64,000 nucleotides of DNA from an uncultured Gemmatimonadaceae bacterium (GCA_964574295.1 CAZNLY010000007.1:12224-76223), one strand, 5' to 3'. Positions 50,637-59,507 are shown, counted from the stretch's first letter. The notes: generated by a model not told the origin, from the sequence alone. Program-made: numbers and translations.

Positions 50637-51498
50637 GGTCGCGCTCCAGGTCCCGCACGACCCGCTCCGGAAGCCGGGGGTCGGCCAGCGCCGCAGTGCC
50701 GATGCCCACCAGCGAGGCGCCGGCGGCGAGGTACTGCCGCGCGTCCTCCGCCCCGCGAACGCCTCCCAGCCCGATGACCGGGAACCCGGGAAGGCGATCG
50801 CGAATCCGCCGCACCGCGAGGACGCCCGCCGGCAGGAGCGCCGGACCGCTCGCGCCCCCGTTGCCGTTGCCGAGCCGGGGGGCGCCGTCGGGAGCGAGCG
50901 CCATGCCGGGGAGGGTGTTCACCACGCTCACGCCATCGGCGCCGGCGTCGCGCACCACGGCGGCCAGGGCCGGGATGTCGGGGAGCGCGGGGGAGAGCTT
51001 GGCCACCAAGGGACGGCGCGTGGCGCGGCGGCAGCGGCCGATGATGTCCGCCACGGCGGCGGGATCGGCGCCGAACTCGAGGCCGCCGGCGGCGGTGTTG
51101 GGACAGGAGAGGTTGAGCTCGTAGGCGGTGACGCCTGGCAGGTCGTCGAGCCGCGCGATGACGGCGGCGTACTCCTCGACCGTGAACCCGACGACGTTGA
51201 CCAGCACGCGCGCGGCGCGCAGGTGAGCGGCGAGCCACGGCAGTTCCTCGGCGCGGACCTGCTCGACGCCCGGATTGGCGAGCCCGACCGAGTTGAGCAT
51301 GCCGCCGTGGAACTCCGCCACGCGCGGCGGCGCGTTGCCCGCCCGGGGCGCCAGGGACACCGCCTTGGTGACGAGGCCGCCCAGCCGGTCGAGGTTCATC
51401 ACCCCCGCCAGCTCGCGCCCGTACCCTGCCGTGCCGGAGGCGAGCACGATCGGGTTCTGGAACCGGGTGCCGAAGACCTCGCGCGCGAGGGAGGCCAC
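50629..51498 (-). CDS. pyrD: Dihydroorotate dehydrogenase, class 1
   Basis: The GTG at 51498 gives VASLAREVFGTRFQNPIVLASGT. MLNSVGLANPG, ELNLSCPN (catalytic Cys) and VIGLGGV. No pyrK is adjacent. It overlaps pyrF by 8 nt. Confidence 0.85.
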   Translation of the reverse strand: MASLAREVFGTRFQNPIVLASGTAGYGRELAGVMNLDRLGGLVTKAVSLAPRAGNAPPRVAEFHGGMLNSVGLANPGVEQVRAEELPWLAAHLRAARVLVNVVGFTVEEYAAVIARLDDLPGVTAYELNLSCPNTAAGGLEFGADPAAVADIIGRCRRATRRPLVAKLSPALPDIPALAAVVRDAGADGVSVVNTLPGMALAPDGAPRLGNGNGGASGPALLPAGVLAVRRIRDRLPGFPVIGLGGVRGAEDARQYLAAGASLVGIGTAALADPRLPERVVRDLERDHG

Positions 51499-52907
51499 TA
51501 CTTGAGCTCGTCCGGCGGCGGGCGCTGCCCGGCGGGCTGGCGCGCGCCCGGCTGGGCGGGCCGACGGTTTCCTGGCGTGGCGCGCGCCGCGCCCGCGCCG
51601 GCATAGCGCTGCAGCGAGTCCTCCAGCGCCAGCACGGCCGGCGTGACCTGCCCCTCCGCCAGCAGGAGGTAGGGACTGTCGGGATAGGCGGCCTGGATCT
51701 GCTGGACGATTTCCTCCGCGCGCTCCGGCTGAAGCGCGGCCATCGCGAGCAGGGCCTTGGGGGCGTAGGGCGACGCGGGCCACGCCGCCGGAATCGAGGC
51801 AAAGAGCTGGGTCGCGATCTGGGGCGCGGGGAGGCTGTCGCGCACCGCCTCCGCCACCACGAAGGTCGCCAGGTCGCCCAGGGGTGACTGGGTGGTGACG
51901 GAGTCGGCGTACCCCTTCACCTTGTCGAGCACCCGCACGTAGTGGAGCGCCTGCACCGAGCTCCGCCCGCCAATCTCGCCGAGTTCGACGAGCGGCTCCC
52001 GCGCCGCCTCGAGCTGCGGGATGGTGCCGGCGCTGGCCAAGGTGTACTCGGCCAGCCGGAGCCGCGCCGCGAGGGCGGCGTCGGTGACGGGGTCGGCGGA
52101 GGCCGCCCGCTGGAGGCGCGCCAGCCCCGAATCGGGATCGGCGGCGAGGAGGCGGAGTCCGTCCGCCATGAGCAGCTGGTCCCGCGCCTCCGCGGGGAGA
52201 CCTGGGATCTGCACCACGGCGGTGGTGTACCGGGAGGCCGCGGCGGGATCCACGCGGCCGATCCCCGCCAGGATGGAATCCCACGGGACGGCAAGGTCGC
52301 CGCGGGCGAGGGCGGCGTCCACCAGCGGGAGGGCGTCGTCGAGCTGGCCGAGCCCCGCGTAGGCGGCGGCGCGCTCGGCGTCCACCTGGGGGCCGGAGAG
52401 GAGGCCAAGGGTGGCGAGGGCGCCGGCGTAGTCCCCGGTGGTGCGCTGGATGCGCGCGTGGTTGAACTCGGCGCTGGCCCGCCGCGCGGAATCGCCGCTC
52501 TCGAGCAGCGCCACGAACGACTGGTCGGCGCGCTGGTAGTCGCCGGCCTGCAGGCGACAGCGGCCGAGCAGTTCATGCGCCCGCTCCACCACCTGCGGGC
52601 TGTCGAGACTGAGCGAGGCCTGCTCAAGGGCGGGGATCGCGCTGCCGCAGTCGCCGCGGGCCACCATCGACTCGCCGCGGATCAGCTGCGCGTCGTCCAC
52701 GTACTGGCTGGTCGGGTGCCGTGCGATGACGGTGTCGGCCCGCACCTCGGCCTGGGCCCAGTAGCCCTGCGCCTCGAACGACCGCCCCTGCCGCTCCGCC
52801 TTCTGCGCCTTCTTGGCAAAGCGATTCGCGTTGTACATCCCGTTGTAGTAGGCGCACCCCGTCAGCGGGAGCGCAAGGAGCAGGAGCGCGGCGGCCCGCC
52901 AGCTCAC
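51498..52907 (-). CDS. TPR-repeat lipoprotein
   Basis: The GTG at 52907 (VSWRAAALLLLALPLTGC, a lipobox) overlaps the amidase stop (GTGA). Helical TPR-like repeats run throughout. The track ORF extends to 52943. Confidence 0.7.
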   Translation of the reverse strand: MSWRAAALLLLALPLTGCAYYNGMYNANRFAKKAQKAERQGRSFEAQGYWAQAEVRADTVIARHPTSQYVDDAQLIRGESMVARGDCGSAIPALEQASLSLDSPQVVERAHELLGRCRLQAGDYQRADQSFVALLESGDSARRASAEFNHARIQRTTGDYAGALATLGLLSGPQVDAERAAAYAGLGQLDDALPLVDAALARGDLAVPWDSILAGIGRVDPAAASRYTTAVVQIPGLPAEARDQLLMADGLRLLAADPDSGLARLQRAASADPVTDAALAARLRLAEYTLASAGTIPQLEAAREPLVELGEIGGRSSVQALHYVRVLDKVKGYADSVTTQSPLGDLATFVVAEAVRDSLPAPQIATQLFASIPAAWPASPYAPKALLAMAALQPERAEEIVQQIQAAYPDSPYLLLAEGQVTPAVLALEDSLQRYAGAGAARATPGNRRPAQPGARQPAGQRPPPDELK

Positions 52908-54097
52908 TGAGCGGCCCCCGGCGTGCGGACGCCGCTCTTCCACTCGAATTCCAGCAGGTAGTCCACCACGGCGTCGGCCAGCGCGCGGGCAATCTTCTGC
53001 TGGCCCGCCTTCGACGCCATGAACTTTGCATCGGAGGGACTCGAGCTGTAGCCCATCTCGACCAGCACGCCGGGGCGGCGGCCGGTGTTGAGCACCGCCA
53101 GGTCATTGCGCTGCTTGACTCCGCGGTTCACGCCCGGGTGCACCGGCTCGAGGTGGGCCTGCATCAGGGCGCCCGCCCGGGCCGACTCACGCAAGTACTC
53201 GTTCATCTGGAGGTCGCGCAGGATGTACGCGAGCGGGCCGGAGGCGAGCGTCTGCTCCTCGGCGCTCTCGAAGCGGAGGGCCTCGTTTTCCGTCTGGGCC
53301 ACGCGGGCGGCGTCGGCGGAATTTTCCTCGCCGATGATGAGCGTGCTGAAGCCGTCCACCGACCGATAGTCACTCCGGCGGCGCGGGTCGAGCGCGTCCA
53401 CGTGGAGGCTGATGAAGAGGTCGCAGCTGGCGTCGCAGGTCGGGGCGCGCCCGAGGAGGTTGGGCCGCACGTCCGTGGTGCGGGTCATCCGGACGGTGAT
53501 CCCGCGCCGGGTGAGCTCGTCCCGCAGGAGGAGGGCCACCTGGAGGGTGATGTCCTTTTCCGTGACGCCGCGGGGGAAGTAGCGCCCGGGGTTGCCGGGG
53601 TCGTTGCCGCCATGCCCCGCGTCCACCGTCACGATGTGGCCCGGGAGGAGTCCGTTGGGCAATCGCTTGACCTGGGGGGCGGCAGTTGGGGCCGCACCCC
53701 GCTGCACCAGCCGCCCCGTCGCGCGGTCGAAGCTGTAGAGCTCGCCGAGGTAGCGCGGGAGGATGTCGGAGATGAACTGGTACGGGACGTACAAGGTATC
53801 GCCCCGGAGCGCGGCGGGGGCCGCCAGCGGCTCGAGCCGCTCATTGAGGCGGAAGAGCGGCACGCCCGGCAGGAACGCAAAGTCCTGCCGCGACACCACG
53901 AGGGTGGACCAGGCGCCGTCGCGGCGCACGGCGCCGCCCAGGGCGGAGACGAGCGGCGCCGCGGCGACCATCGGCCGTCCCTCGCCGTCGGCCACGACCG
54001 GGAGGAGCGTCTCCCCCCGCGGGGTGGTGACAACCACCTGTGCGGGCGCAGGGCCGTGCACGCCCGCGAGCGCGGCGAGGAGGGCGAGCGCGATCAT
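52904..54097 (-). CDS. N-acetylmuramoyl-L-alanine amidase (Amidase_3, AmiC-like)
   Basis: The ATG at 54097 (MIALALLAALAGVHG, a signal peptide) overlaps the smpB stop (ATGA). An N-terminal AMIN-like domain. Catalytic region VTVDAGHGGNDPG...SLHVDA...VLVEMGY. Confidence 0.85.
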   Translation of the reverse strand: MIALALLAALAGVHGPAPAQVVVTTPRGETLLPVVADGEGRPMVAAAPLVSALGGAVRRDGAWSTLVVSRQDFAFLPGVPLFRLNERLEPLAAPAALRGDTLYVPYQFISDILPRYLGELYSFDRATGRLVQRGAAPTAAPQVKRLPNGLLPGHIVTVDAGHGGNDPGNPGRYFPRGVTEKDITLQVALLLRDELTRRGITVRMTRTTDVRPNLLGRAPTCDASCDLFISLHVDALDPRRRSDYRSVDGFSTLIIGEENSADAARVAQTENEALRFESAEEQTLASGPLAYILRDLQMNEYLRESARAGALMQAHLEPVHPGVNRGVKQRNDLAVLNTGRRPGVLVEMGYSSSPSDAKFMASKAGQQKIARALADAVVDYLLEFEWKSGVRTPGAAQ

Positions 54098-54579
54098 CGG
54101 CGCCGCCCCACGGCGATCGCCCGCGCCGTCTCGCGTTCGGCGGTGCGCTCGCGCAGTGCCTGCCGCTTGTCGTGCTGCTTCTTCCCGCGGGCCAGGCCGA
54201 GGGCAATCTTGGCGTGGCCGCGCACGAAATAGAGTTCGAGGGGCACGAGGCTCAGTCCCTCGCGCTCGACGGAGCCGATGAGGCGGTTGATCTCGCGGCG
54301 ATGGAGGAGGAGCTTGCGCGAGCGCACCGGGTCGTGGTTGTACCGGTTGCCCTGCGCGTAGGGAGTCACATTCATCCCCTCGAGGAAGACCTGCCCCCCC
54401 GCCACGCGGGCGTAGGCCTCCTTGATGGACGCCTTCCCGGTCCGGAGCGACTTGACCTCGGTGCCGGTCAGCACGAGGCCCGCCTCCCACGTCTCGAGGA
54501 TGTGGTAGTCGTGCGTCGCCTTGGGATTGCGGGCGACCGAATGCCTGCGCTCCTGGGGCGCGTCAGATTTGGTGGCCAT
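54094..54579 (-). CDS. smpB: SsrA-binding protein SmpB
   Basis: 161 aa. ARNPKATHDY.ILETWEAGLVLTGTEVKSLR, NHDPVRSRKLLLHRREI and GKKQHDKR. Confidence 0.95.
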   Translation of the reverse strand: MATKSDAPQERRHSVARNPKATHDYHILETWEAGLVLTGTEVKSLRTGKASIKEAYARVAGGQVFLEGMNVTPYAQGNRYNHDPVRSRKLLLHRREINRLIGSVEREGLSLVPLELYFVRGHAKIALGLARGKKQHDKRQALRERTAERETARAIAVGRRR

Positions 54580-54633
54580 CGTGGGGTTGTAACCCCAAGA
54601 TAGACAGGGGGTTCGGGGGGGTCAACGGTCCGC

Positions 54634-54663
54634 TTGACTGGGGCGAGGGCGCCTCGCTACCTT
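54634..54663 (+). promoter_or_regulatory. Sigma70-like promoter for tRNA-Leu
   Basis: TTGACT (54634-54639), 18 nt, TACCTT (54658-54663). The tRNA 5' end lies 10 nt downstream. Confidence 0.5.
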
Positions 54664-54673
54664 TGCCGCCCAC

Positions 54674-54757
54674 GCCGAAGTGGTGGAATTGGTAGACGCG
54701 CTGCGTTCAGGGCGCAGTGGGCGCAAGCCCGTGGGGGTTCGAGTCCCCCCTTCGGCA
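54674..54757 (+). tRNA. tRNA-Leu (anticodon CAG), type II with long variable arm; no encoded CCA
   Basis: Manual fold: acceptor GCCGAAG/CTTCGGC, D-arm GTGG-AATTGGTAG-ACGC, anticodon arm CTGCG-TTCAGGG-CGCAG, variable arm TGGGCGCAAGCCCGT, T-arm GGGGG-TTCGAGT-CCCCC, discriminator A. It is closely similar to E. coli tRNA-Leu(CAG). Confidence 0.9.
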
Positions 54758-54768
54758 CTCTCCCCGCC

Positions 54769-55914
54769 TCAGTACCTCCGCATCCCCGGATCCAGCTCCC
54801 GAGCCCACGCGTCGATGCCGCCCGCCAGGCTGCGGACGCGCGTGAACCCCAGCGAGCGCAGAAACGTGGCCGCCTGCAGCGAGCGCACGCCGTGGTGGCA
54901 GTACGTCACGATGTCGCCGTCGGTGGGCAGGGTGCCGGCCAGGGCCGGCAGGCGCGCCAGGGGGGCGAGGAGGGCGCCGTCGAGGTGCACCAGGTCGTAT
55001 TCCTCGCGCTCGCGCACGTCCACCAGGATTGGCGGCGCGCCGTTGTCCAGTTCCCGCCGGAGCGCCGCCGCACCCACCTCGACGCCCGGCGGCGCCACGA
55101 TCGGCACCACGCCGCAGAACGCCTCGTAGTCCACCAGCGCCCGCACGGTCGGGTTGGCCCCGCAGAGCGGGCAGTCGGGATCCTTCTGGAGCGCGAGCTC
55201 CCGAAACTGGAGTCCGAGCGCATCGAAGAGCAGCAGGCGGCCGGCGAGGGAGTCGCCCACACCGAGGACCAGCTTGATGGCCTCGAGCGCCTGGATGCTC
55301 CCGATGATGCCGGGCAGCACGCCGAGGACCCCCGCCTCCGCGCAGCCGGGAACGGTGCCCGGGGCCGGCGGCTCGGCGAAGAGGCAGCGATAGCAGGGGC
55401 CCTCCTTGGTGGCGAACACCGAGGCCTGGCCCTCGAACTGAAAGATGGCCCCATAGACGTCGGGGATCCCGGACAGGTAGGCGGCGTCGTTGACGAGGTA
55501 GCGGGTGGGAAAGTTGTCGCTGCCGTCGAGGACCACATCGTACCCGGCGAGCACTGCCATCGCGTTGTGCGAGGTGAGGCGCTCGGGATGCAGGGCCACC
55601 TGTACGGCGGGGTTGAGGTCGTGGAGCCGGGCGCGGGCGGAATCGAGCTTGCTCTGCCCCAGCGTGCTGGTGCCGTGGAGCACCTGCCGCTGCAGGTTGC
55701 TCACGTCCACCACGTCGGCGTCCACCAGGCCGATGGTGCCGACGCCGGCGGCGGCCAGGTAGAGCGCGGCAGGACTGCCAAGTCCGCCGGCGCCGACCAC
55801 CAATACCCGGGCCTGCTTGAGGCGGCGCTGCCCCTCCTCCCCGACGTGCGGGAGGATCAGGTGCCGCGAATAGCGGAGGTACTCGTCGGGCTTGAGCGGC
55901 GGGAGGGGGGACAT
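54769..55914 (-). CDS. moeB: ThiF/MoeB-type adenylyltransferase fused to a C-terminal rhodanese domain (MoeZ-like)
   Basis: 381 aa. RYSRHLILP, VLVVGAGGLGSP, DVVDVSNLQRQ, CxxC pairs (CYRC, CPLC), then rhodanese with the active-site loop YCHHGVRS. Confidence 0.85.
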   Translation of the reverse strand: MSPLPPLKPDEYLRYSRHLILPHVGEEGQRRLKQARVLVVGAGGLGSPAALYLAAAGVGTIGLVDADVVDVSNLQRQVLHGTSTLGQSKLDSARARLHDLNPAVQVALHPERLTSHNAMAVLAGYDVVLDGSDNFPTRYLVNDAAYLSGIPDVYGAIFQFEGQASVFATKEGPCYRCLFAEPPAPGTVPGCAEAGVLGVLPGIIGSIQALEAIKLVLGVGDSLAGRLLLFDALGLQFRELALQKDPDCPLCGANPTVRALVDYEAFCGVVPIVAPPGVEVGAAALRRELDNGAPPILVDVREREEYDLVHLDGALLAPLARLPALAGTLPTDGDIVTYCHHGVRSLQAATFLRSLGFTRVRSLAGGIDAWARELDPGMRRY

Positions 55915-55927
55915 CAGCGGGGAGCGG

Positions 55928-56380
55928 TCAGACGGCGGCGCGTGCCCTCACCACCGCGCGCACCTGCGCCTCGTCCTGCATCAGGTCGGCCAGGGAGACG
56001 CCCCGGAGGAAGCCGTCCACCCGGTCGCGCAGCGCCTGCCAGACGGGCCGGATCGAGCAGTTGCCGTCGGGGGCGCAGCGCCCGTCGCCGAGGGGGTGGG
56101 CGTCGCAGTTGATCTCGAAGGTCTGGCGGTCGCAGGCCGACATGACCTCGTAGACCGACACGGAGGCCGGCTCCCGCGTGAAGCGGTAGCCGCCGTGCGC
56201 GCCGCGCACGCTGTCCACCACCCCGGCCCGGCGGAGCTTGAGGAGAATCTGCTCCACATAGTCGGCGGGGAGCCCCTCGGCGGCGGCGAGGTCGGCCGCG
56301 GAGAGGTGACGCTGTCCCTGCCGGCGGGCCAGGTGCAGCGTGACGATCAGGCTGTACTCGGTAAAGGTGGTGACGCGCAT
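55928..56380 (-). CDS. Rrf2-family transcriptional regulator (Cys-containing, possibly Fe-S)
   Basis: 150 aa. MRVTTFTEYSLIVTLHLA, the winged-helix LLKLRRAGVVDSVRGAHGGYRF, and four Cys residues in the region CDRQTFEINCDAHPLGDGRCAPDGNC. Confidence 0.85.
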   Translation of the reverse strand: MRVTTFTEYSLIVTLHLARRQGQRHLSAADLAAAEGLPADYVEQILLKLRRAGVVDSVRGAHGGYRFTREPASVSVYEVMSACDRQTFEINCDAHPLGDGRCAPDGNCSIRPVWQALRDRVDGFLRGVSLADLMQDEAQVRAVVRARAAV

Positions 56381-56411
56381 GGGAGAATAATGGGAGCCGG
56401 GAGACGGGAAT

Positions 56412-57830
56412 TCAACCGCCGCCCGGAATCCCCTTCCCTCCCGGGACGCCGAGCTCCGTCATGGCGCGCAGGTCGAGCACCTCGTCCAGTTCCCGGCCCT
56501 TGAGGATGCCCCGCTCCATCACCAGCTGCTTGACGGTGAGCCCGGTGGCGATCGCCTCCTTGGCGAGCTTGGCCGCCTCGGCGTACCCGATCTTCGGCGC
56601 GAGGGCGGTGACCAGGGCGGGGCTCCGCTCGAGCCAGTAGGCGCACTGGGCGGCGTCGGCGGTGATGCCCGCCACGCACCGGTCCGCGAAGACGCGGGTG
56701 GCGTTCCCCACGATGGTCAGGGAGAACACGATGTTGTGGGTGATGACCGGCATCATCACGTTGAGCTCGAGCTGGCCGGCCTCGGCCGCCATCGCGACGG
56801 TGGTGTCGAGCCCGAGCGCCTGGTAGCAGACCTGGTTCACCATTTCCGCGATGGACGGATTGACCTTGCCCGGCATGATGCTGGAGCCCGGCTGCACCGC
56901 CGGGAGGTTGATCTCGGCCAGGCCGGTCCGGGGCCCCGAGGCCATCAGCCGGATGTCGTTGGCAATCTTGTTGAGGTCCACCACCCACGCGCGCAGGGCA
57001 CCGCTGAAGGTGGCGATGTCGCCCATCGACTGCATCAGCTGGACGCGGTCCTCCCCCACCTCGAGGTCGAGCCCCGTCAGCTGGCGCAGGTGCTTGACCA
57101 TCAGCGCGGGATAGCCGGGCTCCGCGTTGATGCCGGTGCCCACCGCGGTGCCGCCGATGTTCATTGCCTTGAGCCAGCGGGCGGCCTCGACGAGCTTGGC
57201 GCGGTGGCGCACCACCGTGCGCCCGTAGGCCGCGAACTCCTGCCCCAGGCGGATCGGCGTGGCGTCCTGCAGGTGGGTGCGGCCCGACTTGATGATGCCG
57301 TCGAACTCCCGCCCCTTCTCGAGGAAGGCGTCGGCCAGCAGGTCCATCGCCTCGAGGAGCGGCGGCAGGGTGGCCAGGGTGGCGATCCGCATGGCCGTCG
57401 GGATCACGTCATTGGTGCTCTGCGCCATGTTGACGTGGTCGTTCGGGTGCACCGGGGCGTAGCTGCCCCGTGGCTCGCCCAGGATCTCGTTGGCGCGGTT
57501 GGCCAGCACCTCGTTGCAGTTCATGTTGTGGCTGGTGCCGGCGCCAGCCTGGTACACGTCCACCACGAACTGGTCGCGGTGGCGGCCCTCGATGACCTCC
57601 GTCGCCGCCGCCGTGATCGCGTCGGCCAGGCGCGCCTCGAGCCGGCCCGTCTCCTTGTGGGTCAGCGCGGCGGCCTGCTTGATGCGGATCACGGCGTCCA
57701 CGAACGCGGGGAGGGGCCGGAGGCCGGAAATGGGGTAGTTTTCGACGGCGCGGAGGGTCTGGATGCCGAAGAGGGCGTCGGAGGGAACGGCCTTCTCGCC
57801 GAGCGGGTCCTTCTCGATGCGTGTCGACAT
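56412..57830 (-). CDS. aspA: Aspartate ammonia-lyase (fumarase/aspartase superfamily)
   Basis: The ATG at 57830 gives MSTRIEKDPLGEKAVPSDALFGIQTLRAVENYPISG (an aspartase-like N-terminus). GSSIMPGKVNP signature and QAGAGTSHNMN. The distinction between aspartase and fumarase is an inference. Confidence 0.8.
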   Translation of the reverse strand: MSTRIEKDPLGEKAVPSDALFGIQTLRAVENYPISGLRPLPAFVDAVIRIKQAAALTHKETGRLEARLADAITAAATEVIEGRHRDQFVVDVYQAGAGTSHNMNCNEVLANRANEILGEPRGSYAPVHPNDHVNMAQSTNDVIPTAMRIATLATLPPLLEAMDLLADAFLEKGREFDGIIKSGRTHLQDATPIRLGQEFAAYGRTVVRHRAKLVEAARWLKAMNIGGTAVGTGINAEPGYPALMVKHLRQLTGLDLEVGEDRVQLMQSMGDIATFSGALRAWVVDLNKIANDIRLMASGPRTGLAEINLPAVQPGSSIMPGKVNPSIAEMVNQVCYQALGLDTTVAMAAEAGQLELNVMMPVITHNIVFSLTIVGNATRVFADRCVAGITADAAQCAYWLERSPALVTALAPKIGYAEAAKLAKEAIATGLTVKQLVMERGILKGRELDEVLDLRAMTELGVPGGKGIPGGG

Positions 57831-57848
57831 ATGCCGGCAGGAGCTCCG

Positions 57849-58166
57849 ATGAGTGCGTATTTCACCGCGGTGGCCGAGCGCGTGGCCTTTGCGCCCGACA
57901 AGTACGCCAAGGACGACCTGGCGCGGGGCGCCCACCTGATGGCCGGCCTCAACTGCTTTGCCCCAGGCCAGCGGCAGGCGGTCCACGCCCACGACGGCGC
58001 CGACAAATTCTACTTCGTGCTCCAGGGAAAGGCGAGGATGCGCGTGGGCGACGAGGCGCGCGTGGCCGAGGCCGGCACGCTGGTGTGGGCGCCGGCCGGC
58101 GTTGCCCACGGGGTGGAGGAGGCGCTGGAGCCCACGGTGATGCTGGTGGGGATCTCCCGCGGCTAG
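57849..58166 (+). CDS. Cupin-domain protein
   Basis: The ATG at 57849 lies after GGAG. 105 aa. Cupin motifs QAVHAHDGADKFYFVLQGKARMRVGDE and VWAPAGVAHGV. It is the C-terminal part of a long artefactual track ORF. Confidence 0.75.
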   Translation: MSAYFTAVAERVAFAPDKYAKDDLARGAHLMAGLNCFAPGQRQAVHAHDGADKFYFVLQGKARMRVGDEARVAEAGTLVWAPAGVAHGVEEALEPTVMLVGISRG

Positions 58167-58675
58167 GGCAGGTCGGCGGTGTACTGCTCGGTGCGGTAGG
58201 GGGAAAAGCCCCGCGCCAGGTAGTTGGGCAGCGCCGCCGGCCCGTCGAGCGTGCAGGTGTGGAGCCAGACCCGCGTCGCCCCCAGCGCCCAGGCCGCCTC
58301 GACGGCCTCCCCGAGCAGGTACCCCCCCAGCCCCTTCCCCACGAACTCCGGCACCAGCCCGAAGTGCACGATCTCCACCGAGCCGTCGGCCTGGCGGCCC
58401 AGTTCGTAGTACCCGGCGGTCACGCCGTGGTGCGTCAGCACGTGGAGCGCCACGGCGGGGTCGGCAAAGTGCCGCGCGATGTCGGCGTCGGTCCAGGGGA
58501 GGCGGTCCCGCCAGTGCCAGGGGCCGCCGACGGTGGCGTAGAGCCAGCGAAAGAGGTCGGGCGCCACCGACGCCACGCGATCCACCCGCGCGCCCTCGGG
58601 GCGGCCGCGCGCGGGGCGGAGCTGGTCCCGACCCAGGAGCTGGAGGTAGGTGCGGGTGACGGCGACGGCGGGCAC
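58163..58675 (-). CDS. GNAT-family N-acetyltransferase
   Basis: 170 aa. FGLVPEFVGKGLGGYLLGEAV (acetyl-CoA binding) and ALPNYLARGF. Confidence 0.75.
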   Translation of the reverse strand: MPAVAVTRTYLQLLGRDQLRPARGRPEGARVDRVASVAPDLFRWLYATVGGPWHWRDRLPWTDADIARHFADPAVALHVLTHHGVTAGYYELGRQADGSVEIVHFGLVPEFVGKGLGGYLLGEAVEAAWALGATRVWLHTCTLDGPAALPNYLARGFSPYRTEQYTADLP

Positions 58676-58678
58676 GGA

Positions 58679-58879
58679 TCAGTCGGAGCAGTCGCCGAGG
58701 GGGTAGACGGTGCCGCAGTTGGGGCAGGGATTCTTGCAGCCCCAGGCGCGGGAGGGGACGGTGAAGCCGCAGCGGTTGCAGCGGAGGTCAGGGCGTTTCC
58801 CCTTCTCGCGGTCCGCCTCACCCCCTGTCCCCCTCTCCGGCAAGCGGAGAGGGGGAACGTCCTCCTGTTCCCTATGCAA
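58679..58879 (-). CDS. Small zinc-ribbon protein (hypothetical)
   Basis: 66 aa. The C-terminal half is CNRCGFTVPSRAWGCKNPCPNCG (CxxC...CxxC). Its start overlaps the upstream stop by 8 nt. The charged N-terminal half may not be translated. Confidence 0.45.
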   Translation of the reverse strand: MHREQEDVPPLRLPERGTGGEADREKGKRPDLRCNRCGFTVPSRAWGCKNPCPNCGTVYPLGDCSD

Positions 58880-59507
58880 GCCGGTAGACCCCGGTGAGGA
58901 AGGGGTTGGTGGCGCGCTCCACGCCGATCGTGGTGTCGGGGCCGTGGCCGCTGTGGACCACCGTCGAGTCGGGAAGGGTCAGGAACTCCCGCTCGATGCT
59001 CTCCAGCAGGGTGGCGGCGTGGCCGCCCGGCAGGTCGGTCCGGCCGACCGAGCCGCTGAAGAGCACGTCCCCGCCGATGATCCGCCCGTGGCCCACGAAG
59101 GCCACGCTGCCGGGGGAGTGGCCGGGGACGTGGCGCACGTCGAAGCCGACGTCGCCCACCGTCACCCGCATCCCGGCCTGCAGCTCGTCGGTGGCGGGGG
59201 GCGCCGGGTCGAGGGTGAGCCCCATCCACGCCGCCTGGCGCGGCAGGTTGTCGTAGAGCGGGCGGTCGAGGGGGTGGAGCCAGATGGGCACCGGGTGCCG
59301 AGCGGTCACGTCGCCCACGCCCATGATGTGGTCCACGTGGGCGTGGGTCAGCCAGATGGCGTCGAGGGTCCAGCCGTGGCGGTCGAGCTCGCGGAGGATG
59401 CGCCCCGATTCCTCGCCGGGGTCGATCATCACCGCCCGGCCCGACGCCGGGTCGGCCACCAGGTAGCAGTTCTGGAGGAACTGCCCGTTCGGGATCCCGA
59501 CGACCAC
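58872..59507 (-). CDS. MBL-fold metallo-hydrolase (glyoxalase II-like)
   Basis: The GTG at 59507 gives VVVGIPNGQFLQNCYLV. THAHVDH (HxHxDH), PGHSPGS and the C-terminal HSGHGP. The start choice is tentative. Confidence 0.8.
   Translation of the reverse strand: MVVGIPNGQFLQNCYLVADPASGRAVMIDPGEESGRILRELDRHGWTLDAIWLTHAHVDHIMGVGDVTARHPVPIWLHPLDRPLYDNLPRQAAWMGLTLDPAPPATDELQAGMRVTVGDVGFDVRHVPGHSPGSVAFVGHGRIIGGDVLFSGSVGRTDLPGGHAATLLESIEREFLTLPDSTVVHSGHGPDTTIGVERATNPFLTGVYRLA

Noticed and set aside
54580-54673. Possible tmRNA (ssrA) next to smpB
   Set aside because: The gap is only 94 nt, and it is followed by a standard tRNA-Leu. I see no tRNA-like acceptor plus tag-ORF architecture and no tag reading frame.
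54674-54768. tRNA-Leu as an integration hotspot or genomic-island border
   Set aside because: No integrase, no direct repeat of the tRNA 3' end and no compositional break on either side. The next gene, moeB, starts its convergent stop 11 nt away.
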